A DNA stretch of 63,875 nucleotides, filler included, from Trichomonas gallinae (lineage: Eukaryota), in NCBI GenBank assembly GCA_008369845.1. It is 12 parts of 12 records of this genome, joined end to end, with 100 filler letters (N's around TTAATTAATTAA, not from the genome) between each part and the next. Parts side by side here need not be neighbours in the genome. Positions count along the whole stretch, not along the records: positions 10,097 to 26,242 come from MRSU01001287.1; 11 more parts are not named here. The stretch is one strand, 5' to 3'. The notes under the pieces are model-generated. The model did not search any database, was not told the origin of the DNA, and worked only from the letters and a program-made list of their open reading frames with translations. Position numbers and translations under genes: made by a program. Below, one piece after another: positions 10,656 to 21,700 of this stretch. How positions within the stretch are numbered: the stretch's first letter is position 1; every line of letters starts with the position of its first letter.

Positions 10656-11402
10656 TCAAAATTTAAGATACTTAGCAACCACAGCTCCCCAAACTGTAAG
10701 AATGCTCATATCTAATGCAGCACCGACACCACGGGCGCGGCAGACGTCGAATGACTCGCCCCAGAAGATCTTCTGAAGTGGGAAAGCGAAAATAGCTGCG
10801 AGGAAAGCGCAAACACCGCAAACTTCTTGCTTGACGATAAGATCTGAAATTTCGTTTCCTGTGTAAAAGTTCTTCTCAGCGTAAGCATAACCGAAGGCAT
10901 CGACAACGCTACGAATTGCCCAGTTGAAGAAACCGATAGCGATTGGGCGGAAAATTCCATTGTATCTGAAGAAGATGAGATGGATTGGGAAAGTAGCAAT
11001 TGTGTTCAAGATCAAGTGGGTTGGACCATAAATTGCGGCATAAGCGTAAGGCATTTCTTTTTTGAGATTCATCACTGCCTCAACTTTGGACAATAATTGG
11101 ACAGAGAGGTCTCCTGTGGCTACGAACGCCATAAGGTTGAGCGAAGATAGCCAGAACTTTGGTCTTAAAAGCCAACCTGACTTTGGGTATCCTCTGTGGA
11201 GGAATTTTTGAGTTAAGTATAACAAGCTGCCAAGGATGAAGTATTTGAGCACAAACTGACCAATTTTCTGCAACTTTTCCTTATTTTCATCTTGAGTTTG
11301 TTGTTTTTGCTCTGCTTTCTTTGCTTCAGCTGGCTGAGGCTTGACTTCCTCTTCGATTTTTCCTTCTTGTTTTTGCTCTGGCTGAACTACTTCTTCAGTC
11401 AT
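10656..11402 (-). CDS. Multi-pass membrane protein, possibly a divergent mitochondrial-carrier-like (hydrogenosomal) protein
   Basis: Charged N-terminus followed by several hydrophobic helices; kinked-helix motifs ATFPIHLIF and FAFPLQKIF; GFFNWAIRS..AFGYAYAEK; codon bias typical of an expressed gene. Confidence 0.6.
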   Translation of the reverse strand: MTEEVVQPEQKQEGKIEEEVKPQPAEAKKAEQKQQTQDENKEKLQKIGQFVLKYFILGSLLYLTQKFLHRGYPKSGWLLRPKFWLSSLNLMAFVATGDLSVQLLSKVEAVMNLKKEMPYAYAAIYGPTHLILNTIATFPIHLIFFRYNGIFRPIAIGFFNWAIRSVVDAFGYAYAEKNFYTGNEISDLIVKQEVCGVCAFLAAIFAFPLQKIFWGESFDVCRARGVGAALDMSILTVWGAVVAKYLKF

Positions 11403-11675
11403 GATTTTTTTTATATACTTTTCGTATCGATTTTATGCAACCAAATAACCATTTATTATAGAAATGATGATTTTACTATTATTGATTTATTGCTTTGTGT
11501 TATCACTTTTTTACATTTTACAAAAATGTAAAAATGTAAAATTGACATAAATTATTTTGAAGAGAGCAGATTTGACTGAAATTATTTTCAACTATTTGAT
11601 TTTCAAGAGATGTATATTTAATTGGAAGAACTTTCGAGGAAGAATAATTCTAAACGTATGTCAATTTAAAAATGA

Positions 11676-12680
11676 TCAAAATACCTCTCAACATCGATCC
11701 ATATCATTCAAATCCTTTCTATCCACAAACATGATCCAATATGGGACCTTTATGTTGGATCAAATATCTCACCTATCATATTCAAAAAGCCTAAATACAT
11801 CAATTCTAAAGGAAATATATTCGTTTTGGGCGTTTACTTCATCAAATTTAAACCAAATGGTGTAATAAATATTACAAATCAATCGATAAATAGCACTTTA
11901 GCATCAAAATCTTATTTTTATAATTCAAGCTCCATCAAAGATGGTGGATCCATTTACATTAAAGATGGTTCTTGTGTTCAATATCGTGTTTGCAGTATTG
12001 CATCGACAATTCCTGATAAAAGTACCAATGGATGTCATTCATATATTTATACAATTAAAAAAAGCTATGTAATAGAGAGCTCTATTTCTTGTTGCCGAGG
12101 ATCTTCTACTTCAATCGTTCTTTTCGGCGGAGATCATCGAATTGATTCGACAAATATCTCATATGCAAAATGCTTCTACAATGCTGCATATTCATGTTTA
12201 AACAATCCATCTTCTCATCGAATTAATTATACTTCAATTGTTAATAACACTGCTGATTCACAGTGCATTATGTATCATTACACTAGCAATCAGTTTGTAT
12301 TTAGCTGCAATGTAATTAAGAATACTCATACCAGAAAGGATAATGACTGGGGAATCATTTATAATTATATGTGTAATCTTCGAATCAGTATGTGCTCTTT
12401 TTCACAAAATTCAGCTTTTTCTTTGATATATACTGATGTTAATTCTATTACTGCAGATAAGTGTTTTATTGATTATAATAAAGTTGTGACAACCAATCAA
12501 GGCACTGTTAGTCTTCAAACTACGAAAAAGTTAGTTCTCAATATTCCATTAATTTCAACTGATAATTGTGATGCAGATTTTCTAAACTTACTTCATTTTG
12601 AAATATCATATTATTATTCGTTTAACCATGAATTATCTATAATATTATTTACTTTATTGATTTGCTGTAATAGAAAATAA
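11676..12680 (+). pseudogene. Trichomonad Cys/Asn/Ser-rich beta-helix-like family member lacking an in-frame ATG (5' frameshift or assembly error)
   Basis: The frame is open from 11676 (..HKHDPIWDLYVGSN..GNIFVLG..DGGSIYIKDGSCVQYRVCS..SYVIESS) with no 5' ATG. An out-of-frame ATG lies at 11672. Resembles the 46908 ORF. Confidence 0.6.
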
Positions 12681-13449
12681 ATATTTGTTGTTCAGAGTGA
12701 TTTTTTTTTTTTTGACAAATCTTTTTGCATCAAGTTAAATATCAACAATTATATAATAAATATCATCAATAACAATAACGAAGTTTCCCCTTTTTGTTTA
12801 GAATATGTAAACCCATTTCCATGGTTTTGATTTTACCATTGAGAGAGTTACAGGTATTTTCATTGTTTGCATTTGCTGCTTTAGCCTTTTCATTTTCTTC
12901 TTTTAGTTTAGCTACCATGGTTTTCAGTTCCTGAATTTCTCCTTGCAAAGACGAAATATCTAATGTGTTAGTATTATTCTGCTGCAATTGATCAATTTCA
13001 TTTTCTTTCTTTTGTTTTTCGATTTCTAATTACGTTTGGTTTTTCAGTGTTAATGTTATTTGTTTTTAGTTCTAGTTTTTCTTTCAAGTTTTTGATTTAT
13101 TCATCTTTTTCATACTTATTATATTTTGCTTCCCTGGGATATTCTTAGTGCTTCTATTCCAGCATCTTTCTGCATTAATTCTCTAAAGATTATATCTGAA
13201 CTGGAGTGTTCTATATCATGTGAAGACAAAGAATTATTTAGATTCAGATTTTTCTTTGATATTGCGCTTTACGTTTGTTCACACAAGCTTATTGATGTCT
13301 CACTCGAAGAATTTTAGTTTGTAATGTTATTTGTTTCATAATATCTTTTCTTTGTTTTAATTTTATATATAAACAAGCAAATATTTGCGTTTAATAAATA
13401 TATTAAATATTAATGTTTTGTATAATATAAATCTATTTTATAATATTAA

Positions 13450-14919
13450 TTAAAGCTGCCTTAACTTACCGTAGAGTTCAAATGCACTCAAACTCAACTC
13501 GAACTGATTGTTAGACTGAGAAGAAGCATAATTTTCTAGCAATATAAGCTTAACAAATCTAATTGGTCCGGTTTCTGGCAATTGAAAAGTAATTATAGGA
13601 TATTGAGTATTCATCTCTTGGCATTTGTTAACTTCATGAACAGTAATAAAGTTCACACCATCATTGGAGACCTCAATTCTCCACGATTTTGGCTGATGGA
13701 ATGAAAGTCGATTTGCTGGTGATGCTAATGTATAGGCTTGAAGACACAAAACATATCCTTTCAGTTCTATCATGCACCAAGCGTTTTCCTTTGTACATCT
13801 ATTGATAGAAAGATCAAAATTATCCCACCAAGATGTTTTTGTTTCATCGTAATCGAAAATGTTGCCGATTTTCTTCACTTTTGTACCTCCTCCAGTTGCT
13901 ATAACTGCATCTGTGTAATTTGAGCCTAATTGATTCTTAATATATGAAATTACGCCATTTAAACGATAATCTGGTTCATATGATAAATCTATGTATGATT
14001 CTTCTCTATTTTTATCGTTGAATTCATCCTCTTCTTCCATTTGATGCTGAATTTCTTCAATACTTGGAGGAACAACTTGAACTATTGGCTGATTCAGCTG
14101 GATAGGCTCGGATTGTGGCTCAATAACTTGCTCCGCAGTTTGTTGTTGACTTTCATCGTTTGAAGAGTTCTCTTCATCTTCAGATGGTTCTAAAACTTCA
14201 TCTGGGTTAACTTCCATTGTTAATCTTTCATCAAGCTCCTGCCAAACAAATGGATCAATTGAGTCTTGTGAAAGGATGTCGACTAAGTGCTTCATATGAT
14301 GTCTTCTAAGTTTTGAGAATATAACATGACCAAATAAGCGAATGTATTGTCTTCCTTTAACATTAACTAAGTTTTCGATCCACTCAAACAGCTCGGTTTC
14401 CGATGAAACTTTGAAGCCATCAATTTGAATAATTGTATCTAAAATCTCTACAGACAAGTCCATCGTTTCGTTGATGTGACTAAACGAATCCCAGTTTGCG
14501 GCTATAAACAAAGCTGGTTTTTCGTAATCAACACCGTGATCAAATAATAATTGGCAGTATTCTAATGCATTTTTATCAGTAATTTCAGGGATAGCGTATT
14601 TTCCAGCTTCATTGATAAGATATGGTATATCTAAAATTAAACCAATGTTATATAACAAGATAGAATTTTCGATACTTAATTCGATATTGCAGCCATTCAA
14701 TAAATCAATGAATAATGAGAAATTTTCGAACGGATCTTTGAGTTTTTCGAATTTATAACTATTAATGCTTGGATTTTGCTGATATTGCTGTTGAATTTCG
14801 CCAGATATTGCTAGAATTTGAATTAAATTGCATTGGTACGTAGCATCACCTATTATAAACGTGAAATCTGATGGCAGGGGATAATAAGCAATGCTGTCTA
14901 AGGTAAATTTCTTATTCAT
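13450..14919 (-). CDS. BTB/BACK domain protein with C-terminal F5/8 type C (galactose-binding-like) domain
   Basis: SDFTFIIG..Y.C (BTB); LSVEILDTII....VSSETELFEWI..W/L..L..HVIF (BACK); LNGVISYI, AYTL, PKSWRIEVSNDG, RFVKL, LSAFELYG (F5/8C). Confidence 0.85.
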   Translation of the reverse strand: MNKKFTLDSIAYYPLPSDFTFIIGDATYQCNLIQILAISGEIQQQYQQNPSINSYKFEKLKDPFENFSLFIDLLNGCNIELSIENSILLYNIGLILDIPYLINEAGKYAIPEITDKNALEYCQLLFDHGVDYEKPALFIAANWDSFSHINETMDLSVEILDTIIQIDGFKVSSETELFEWIENLVNVKGRQYIRLFGHVIFSKLRRHHMKHLVDILSQDSIDPFVWQELDERLTMEVNPDEVLEPSEDEENSSNDESQQQTAEQVIEPQSEPIQLNQPIVQVVPPSIEEIQHQMEEEDEFNDKNREESYIDLSYEPDYRLNGVISYIKNQLGSNYTDAVIATGGGTKVKKIGNIFDYDETKTSWWDNFDLSINRCTKENAWCMIELKGYVLCLQAYTLASPANRLSFHQPKSWRIEVSNDGVNFITVHEVNKCQEMNTQYPIITFQLPETGPIRFVKLILLENYASSQSNNQFELSLSAFELYGKLRQL

Positions 14920-15468
14920 TATGTTTTTGTTGTTTACATAACAAAAACATTGAATTTACAAAACAAATGGATTATTTACATGTCAAAATATGTAAAAAGG
15001 TTATTTCGCCTTATTTAAATTTTGCTATTAATACCAAGCGTGACTGAATTTGGCAACTATTTTCTCATTTCTAATGGTATAAATTCGATATTACACAGGT
15101 GTAAATCATACAAACCAACATATGAATTCTGATTAATAAAAATTATTTTTCCAAACGTTAAAAACGAACTTTAATGATGTAACGCTATAAGTGCATAAAA
15201 TAATATAATAAATCTACTATATAATAAAGTACAAATAGAAAAATAAACTATTATCTATGGATATTTCCGAATACTTTAAGCTAGGTATGCAAATTAATCA
15301 TTATTTTCATATATGGGATATAACATGTTGTAATGATTTCGACACTTCGAGGTTTTGCAATTTTGAAATTTTTTTTTATCGATTTATTTATGAGTAACTA
15401 GTATGATTAGATAGAAACTTCAAATCGGATTTAAAATGGAAGTAGAAAGAGTGCAAAATTTTTCAGTA

Positions 15469-15807
15469 TCAGATATAGAACTCAACATCTTTATCCCAGT
15501 TAAAAGAGTCGACAGTTACAGTATTTACGCGATGTTTTAACGGCTCTTTTCCATTATCTGTAAGAGTTAAAGTATCAACTCTGGCTCCCCATGAATTTAA
15601 AACTTTTCCTGATTTAATTTCGGTAAGTAGTTCATCAATTTTTGTTTCAGGTCCTTGTAAAGCGAAATCAACACGAGAATGATTTTGTGGATTATTTGTC
15701 GCACCGGCAATTATGCCTCTTTTAATTGCTGCACGCATGAGGGTCTGTCTAAACATAACATTTTGCACCCAACCTGTTACATATCCATAAACACTCTTTG
15801 TGCTCAT
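15469..15807 (-). CDS. Acylphosphatase-like protein (divergent)
   Basis: VTGWVQNVMFRQ corresponds to the G.VQGVGFR phosphate loop; AGATN retains the Asn of GWVRN; V...QG....ID.L; 112 aa. Confidence 0.75.
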   Translation of the reverse strand: MSTKSVYGYVTGWVQNVMFRQTLMRAAIKRGIIAGATNNPQNHSRVDFALQGPETKIDELLTEIKSGKVLNSWGARVDTLTLTDNGKEPLKHRVNTVTVDSFNWDKDVEFYI

Positions 15808-15923
15808 GTGATTTAATTATTTTTGACATATATTTTTTACATGACAAACTTAACTGTGGAATAATTTTTACATGGCAAATATTTTTTATGGAATAATTTT
15901 TACATGACAAATGTCATTTTCAG

Positions 15924-18545
15924 ATGTTTTTTGCTCTCATTTTATGTATTCGCGCTGATGACAGTGTAGCGGCTACAATTGATGGAAAAGACTACACTGG
16001 TGCATCATTCACCGAAATCATTCGAAATTCTGGACTTGACGTTTCGAAAATTCAATCGATAAAAATTACAAAAGGAATTTTCCAATATAATGAATTGAAC
16101 TCGTCATCATACACATCATTAACAAATCTTGACATTAATCACGATAGCGCTTCTGGTTATATTCCAGATTATTATTTCGCAAATCATTCTACAATACAAA
16201 ATGTATCAATTCCAGGTGCAGAAACCATTGGAAGCTACGCATTTTATAATTGCAGCAATCTTGTATCTGGAATATTTACAGATTCTAAAGTTGTATCCGA
16301 ATTCGCATTTTCAACAAGCAACAATCTCGAAAATCTCGATGTAAATAACGTAGAAACATTAAATCCATATTGCTTTGCTTACACAAAACTGAAATCAATG
16401 AATTTGCAAAAATTAACGAAGCAAAATATTGTCAATGATACGGCAGGATATTTTTACAAATGCACATCGCTCGAAAGCTTCACATGTCCTAATATTCAAG
16501 AAATAGCTCCAGAAATGTTCGCATTATGTGAGAAGTTAACGAAATTAGATGTTCCTTTAGTAACAGTGATTAATAAGAGCGGATTATCAAATACTCCTAA
16601 ATTCGAAGTTTTCAATCACGCTGATATTGTATCAATTAAAGATTATGGTTTGTATGGGACAATGATGGAGCAAGTCTCTTTCCCTTCATTGAAAGAAATA
16701 GGCATAGCTGCATTCGGAAGTTCGCAATTGACATCAATTGAATTCCCGTTAATTGAAGTTTTGGAAGAGGCAGCTTTTGCAAGATGCAGCAGTTTAAGGA
16801 CAATTAATCTCCCAGCATTGAAAGTACTGCATCCAATGGTATTCATGCAGACAGATGTTGTTGAAGTTAATCTTCCGAATTTGGAGACAGTGATTTCATA
16901 TGGTAGCAAAGGCGATTATTTCAATGGATGCAAGAAACTTAGAAAATTCACTGCCAAAAAACTTACTTCAATTTTAGAATCAGCTTTCATGCATTGTGAA
17001 GAATTGGTTGAAGTCAACTGCCCATCTGTTACTCTTATTGGTGTCAACGCTTTCTACTTTTGCTTAAAATTGTCCACATTCACTTTCGGTGATATTACAG
17101 AAATCGGAAATTCCGGTTTCACTAATTGTCTCCAAATTACTGAAATATCATTCCCTAAGTGTGTAAGAGTTAACGCATCCGTATTTTCAAAATGTACTGG
17201 ATTATTTAATGTCACTCTTCCTGAATGCTTGTCTATTGGTGTCCATTGTTTCGAAGAATGCTCAAGACTTAAAAATGTATCAGTTCCTAAATTAACACAA
17301 ATTCCAGATTTTGCATTTTCTAATTCATATCAATTAGCAAACATTGAGTGCCCTCTTATTACATATGTTGGTATATCTGGATTTGACGGATGTTCATCAC
17401 TTACTAAAATCAATTTCCCAAAACTTGTCGAAATCAAAGATACAGCATTTCAATCTTGCCGCTTATTAACTGAAGCAATTCTTCCATCAGTGACAAAATT
17501 AAATTCAAGCGCATTCATATCATGCAATTCACTGATTAACTTATCAATGCCAAATCTTGAGAAAATTGAAGATTCTGTTTTCAAGTTCTGCAAAGCTTTG
17601 GTAAATGTTTCAATTCCAAAAGTTAAAATCGTTCCTTCTTATGCATTCATGTGCTGCTTCAATCTAACGTATATTGATATAACTGAAGCAAGAGAAATTG
17701 CCGAGCGCGCTTTCTATCAATGCGAAAAATTAGAAGCATTTAATATGCCAAACATTATATCTATAGGCGCTGAAGCATTTTCTCAATGCACTAACTTGAG
17801 AATGGTTTCATTAGATATGTGCATTAAAATACAAGCTAAAGCATTTAAAGGATGCAAGAATCTAACATCTGTCCACATGCTAAATCTTGCTGAAGCGTTC
17901 GATGAAGTTTTCGCTGACTGTAATTGTTTAGAAAAAGCTGAAATTCCATCAGTTGTTACTCTAGGGTTAAACGCTTTCGAGAACTCTGGCCTCGAAAGAA
18001 TTGAGCTTAATAAAATAGAAACAATTGGATCCAATATATTCAAGAATTGCAAGAATTTAATCAGGGTTGAATTGAAAGCATGTAAGACAATTGAAGGAAA
18101 TGACCATTTTACCGGATGTTCAAAATTAGAGTATGTCGATCTTATATCATTAGTTAATGTTTCAACTGCACCAATATTTAAAGGTTGCACTAAAATGAAC
18201 AAGCTTCTTCTCGGATCAAAAATGGCCCAAACCTTCTCGAATGATGTTTTCGAGGATTGTTTGCTAAATAGAGGATTCACAATCGAGCTTCCTAATAAAA
18301 ATGATTGGCTCAATTACGCAGAAAACTGCACTGTAAATAGCAAATTCGAATATGTTTGGCTAGGTTACAATACACACATGAAAAATTCACATTTGATATT
18401 TAGGAATATTTATCTTCCTATTATTCTTACATCAGCTATTGTATTTGTCATAATTATTATCATTGTAATTGTTATAATCAGACGTAGAAGATCCAAAGAG
18501 AATTTTGAAACAATGTCTTTGGTTTCTACAACACTTTTAGCGTAA
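15924..18545 (+). CDS. BspA-like leucine-rich repeat (TpLRR) surface protein, type I membrane
   Basis: Signal peptide; about 30 repeats of roughly 22 aa (C..L..V.LP.L..I...AF); C-terminal TM helix, RRRR stop-transfer and short tail. Inr-like TCATT just upstream of the ATG. Confidence 0.92.
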   Translation: MFFALILCIRADDSVAATIDGKDYTGASFTEIIRNSGLDVSKIQSIKITKGIFQYNELNSSSYTSLTNLDINHDSASGYIPDYYFANHSTIQNVSIPGAETIGSYAFYNCSNLVSGIFTDSKVVSEFAFSTSNNLENLDVNNVETLNPYCFAYTKLKSMNLQKLTKQNIVNDTAGYFYKCTSLESFTCPNIQEIAPEMFALCEKLTKLDVPLVTVINKSGLSNTPKFEVFNHADIVSIKDYGLYGTMMEQVSFPSLKEIGIAAFGSSQLTSIEFPLIEVLEEAAFARCSSLRTINLPALKVLHPMVFMQTDVVEVNLPNLETVISYGSKGDYFNGCKKLRKFTAKKLTSILESAFMHCEELVEVNCPSVTLIGVNAFYFCLKLSTFTFGDITEIGNSGFTNCLQITEISFPKCVRVNASVFSKCTGLFNVTLPECLSIGVHCFEECSRLKNVSVPKLTQIPDFAFSNSYQLANIECPLITYVGISGFDGCSSLTKINFPKLVEIKDTAFQSCRLLTEAILPSVTKLNSSAFISCNSLINLSMPNLEKIEDSVFKFCKALVNVSIPKVKIVPSYAFMCCFNLTYIDITEAREIAERAFYQCEKLEAFNMPNIISIGAEAFSQCTNLRMVSLDMCIKIQAKAFKGCKNLTSVHMLNLAEAFDEVFADCNCLEKAEIPSVVTLGLNAFENSGLERIELNKIETIGSNIFKNCKNLIRVELKACKTIEGNDHFTGCSKLEYVDLISLVNVSTAPIFKGCTKMNKLLLGSKMAQTFSNDVFEDCLLNRGFTIELPNKNDWLNYAENCTVNSKFEYVWLGYNTHMKNSHLIFRNIYLPIILTSAIVFVIIIIIVIVIIRRRRSKENFETMSLVSTTLLA

Positions 18546-19132
18546 ATATATCTATAATTTTTATTTATTTTTATAACTTTGAATTTTATGCAAAATTTAT
18601 TTATCTATGCAAATGCTTATTGAAATATCATTGGTCAAAATATATAATACTCTCAATCAAAAATATTGTGCAAAATAATCAATCGAGAAGATGTAAAATA
18701 CATGAATATTTTGAATTAATGGTTAATACAAATTATGAATTCATGTTTTGTTTCGAATGAGTGTTCAAATTTGATCGGATTTTTAAAAGCCATTAACTGG
18801 TGTTGAAATGTTTAAGATGAATGCTATTGATTTTAATCAACTTTGAGCTGCATTTCCCGAGTTATAAAATGAAAAATTTTTATGATCAGAATTATCGGAA
18901 ATTCGTAATATTCATGGGCAACTTGGACTGAAAATGAATCGTTTAATGTCTAAATTGATGTTATCAAACGGAAAAAATAATATTATTTTTTCAGCCGAAA
19001 AGTCTGAAAAGTAGAGGAAAAAGAATGCATTAAGTAATTGCAATATGCAAAGTTCCTTTAACAAACAAATTTTACTCATATTTAAATTCATTCTATATCT
19101 GATTCTAGCAGAATCATTTATCGGAAATTGTA

Positions 19133-19573
19133 TTAGTTGATAATTGCACAAAACTCGTCGAAATCTATAGTATCATCATGATTTGCATCTAAAGCACGAA
19201 TAGTTGCGAAAGCATCTGATTGTGTAACATTTTTACCCATTTGTCTGCCTAGAGTAACAACCTCGTTGACATCCAAGCGGCCATTTCCGTCTTTATCGCA
19301 GAAATCAAAAATTTTGCGTAAAATTTCTGTTTCAGAAAGTTGGCACATTTCTGTGCAAAACTGTATATATTCGTCGAGTTGAATGTATTGATCCTTGTTA
19401 GAGTCGTATGTTTCAAATAAAATGATAACCATTAATCTTTCGAGCTCCATTCCTTCTTCTTCAAGGATTTGAGCAACAGCTTCCCTACTCAGGGCGCCTG
19501 TGTTATTGATATCAAGTTCCTCGAAGCGCATCCTAAACTTCTGTATCTTTGATTCGGAAAGGCTTCCTGACAT
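19133..19573 (-). CDS. Calmodulin-like protein with four EF-hands
   Basis: DINNTGALSREA, DSNKDQYIQLDE, DKDGNGRLDVNE, DANHDDTIDFDE. ATG at 19573, preceded by AAAGTGAC (19581-19588, minus strand). Confidence 0.92.
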   Translation of the reverse strand: MSGSLSESKIQKFRMRFEELDINNTGALSREAVAQILEEEGMELERLMVIILFETYDSNKDQYIQLDEYIQFCTEMCQLSETEILRKIFDFCDKDGNGRLDVNEVVTLGRQMGKNVTQSDAFATIRALDANHDDTIDFDEFCAIIN

Positions 19574-19857
19574 ATTATTTGTCACTTTTAACAATGTAAC
19601 GTAATGATCCAACACTAGTTTTTCTGGCTCATTTTTTAAATATAGAGTGTTGTAACAACACTCATCCTAACCATCAAACAAAATAAGAGTTTGCAACGTC
19701 TTGTAATTATTCCAGATCGAAAAATAGGTTTTAGCTAAAACCAATAGTATAGGAAAATGCAGAAAGAAAAATTACTTCAAGACATCATATCCACAATATA
19801 AAAAAGCAGAGAAATTTACAAGATTTTTTTTGTTTTTAATACAAAAATAATAAATGT

Positions 19858-21501
19858 TTAATCGTTTAAATCAATGGGGACAAATTCCTCAAAAAGGATA
19901 TTGATTTGAGTGAAATCAACACTAAGACCTATAAGTTTCATAATATCGTTCCATGTATTTGTGAACCATATAATTGTGCCTGCAACAACAGGAACTACAT
20001 AGCTTGAAATTACTGATGAATATTGTTTGATTTCAGCAGACTTCAATGCAGTCATGATTTGGTTCCATGGAATATTTGCAACAATATTTTGGCAATACGT
20101 GGGTAAAGACTTGATCGCAGGCATCACAGGTCCCAACCCAAAGTACCACCAAGTGAAGTATATTGTTCCTGCAATCAATGCAGCAATGAGTGCACGAACT
20201 ATCCATTTCTTTTTTGATTTTTCTTCAAGAAGTCTGATGTATACATTTTTCACGGTTACAAATTTGTCAATTATATCATTTGTGTACCTTCTAATTTTCT
20301 CCAATTCTTCTTGTTTCAATACGAGTTGATTTATGTAATTATTTAAATCTTGTCTTAATGTATGTACACATACATTAATTAGAAGAGTGCTTTCTGTATT
20401 TATATCATTGAGCATTTCAACTCTTGCTTCATTTGCCATTTCGCCAATGCGACGAGAAATTTCATTCATTGCGTTTTCTTCTGCTATTTTTTCAGCCTGT
20501 CTATTTTGAGCCAATAATATTTGATTTTGTGCCCTCTCATGCAACATGTTTGCTCTGTTCCGATATCTTTGTAATATTGTTTGGATCTTTTGATTTATCA
20601 GATCTCTTACTCTTTGAGTTGGACGAAATTGGTTGCAGTAATCTTCTAAAGATGCATTATAATCATTTATTACAAGTTCAATATTAGCAATGTTCTCTAA
20701 AATTCTATGATGATATATTAGATTGTAAAGCTCGTTTGACATTGTGTCAAGTAATCCCTTGTATACTCCATATTCATCTGGACTTGATGCTTTGAAAATT
20801 TCGTCAGGTACTATTATGAGAGGATTGTTCAATTGGTTGATAAAAGCATTAATGTCATTTCTAAAAAATCTTGTTGCATTTTCTAATATTTTTTGATAGA
20901 GATATGTAGCAGTTCTTGTGTCATACTGGACTATATCAAAATCAATGCCTGCATCACGAAGTTCATTTGATATTTGCGAAGTATTACATTGATTAATGAT
21001 TTCTTCAATAGGAGACTGATCATCAGTGTTATAGCCTGTTATGTTTACTATTAATCTCATATTTTGGGCGATTCCATAAATGTATCCAATTATTGGTAAG
21101 AGCGATAAATTTGTAAAAGATTGTTGAAAGAAAACAATAACGGACGATAATGACAAGATTGGTGTGAGAAACATTAACAAATTCTCTGTTTTAAGTGAAT
21201 CGCATGTAAATCCTTGCGTGTCAATAATAAATAAATGCTCATTTATAGGATTCGCAAATATGCTATGCCTTCTTGCAATATCATTGTGTCTTCCAATGTA
21301 GGAAATAGAAGCACCTATTGTGGTATTATTATTAATGCCCGAGAATTGTGTCGCAATTTCTGACTTCTTTGATTTTGATGTTCCTACAAGTGTAATGATC
21401 GAAAATGATTCGTCATTTGTGTTCGTCTCGATGAAATTCCTCAATGCTTCATTATCAATTTGCAATTCATCATTTTCTTCATAGAGGAACAATAAAGACA
21501 T
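19858..21501 (-). CDS. Guanylate-binding protein/atlastin-like P-loop protein with helical region and C-terminal hydrophobic segments
   Basis: LQIDNEAL..F start, SIITLVGTSKSKKS (G1-like), TTIG (G2), IIDTQGF (G3), coiled coil, TM segment WIVRALIAALIAGTIYFTWWYFG. ATG at 21501. Confidence 0.7.
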   Translation of the reverse strand: MSLLFLYEENDELQIDNEALRNFIETNTNDESFSIITLVGTSKSKKSEIATQFSGINNNTTIGASISYIGRHNDIARRHSIFANPINEHLFIIDTQGFTCDSLKTENLLMFLTPILSLSSVIVFFQQSFTNLSLLPIIGYIYGIAQNMRLIVNITGYNTDDQSPIEEIINQCNTSQISNELRDAGIDFDIVQYDTRTATYLYQKILENATRFFRNDINAFINQLNNPLIIVPDEIFKASSPDEYGVYKGLLDTMSNELYNLIYHHRILENIANIELVINDYNASLEDYCNQFRPTQRVRDLINQKIQTILQRYRNRANMLHERAQNQILLAQNRQAEKIAEENAMNEISRRIGEMANEARVEMLNDINTESTLLINVCVHTLRQDLNNYINQLVLKQEELEKIRRYTNDIIDKFVTVKNVYIRLLEEKSKKKWIVRALIAALIAGTIYFTWWYFGLGPVMPAIKSLPTYCQNIVANIPWNQIMTALKSAEIKQYSSVISSYVVPVVAGTIIWFTNTWNDIMKLIGLSVDFTQINILFEEFVPIDLND

Positions 21502-21700
21502 TTTTAAAAATGAACTGATTTTTTTTTCCAACATTTTACAAATGAAAATAAATCTCCAGCAATTATTTTTGTTAATATAAAATTATTTTTTAACATCTAG
21601 ATTAAATCATGCATGAAAATTTTAATTCGCCTACTCATCATTAATTTTGTGAATTTGAATTGATCACATCATTTTTTGATTTTTTACTTCATTTTTATTC

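Noticed and set aside
12766..13330. Coiled-coil-like coding remnant on the minus strand
   Set aside because: Multiple stops and no identifiable family; possibly a pseudogene, but it cannot be supported.
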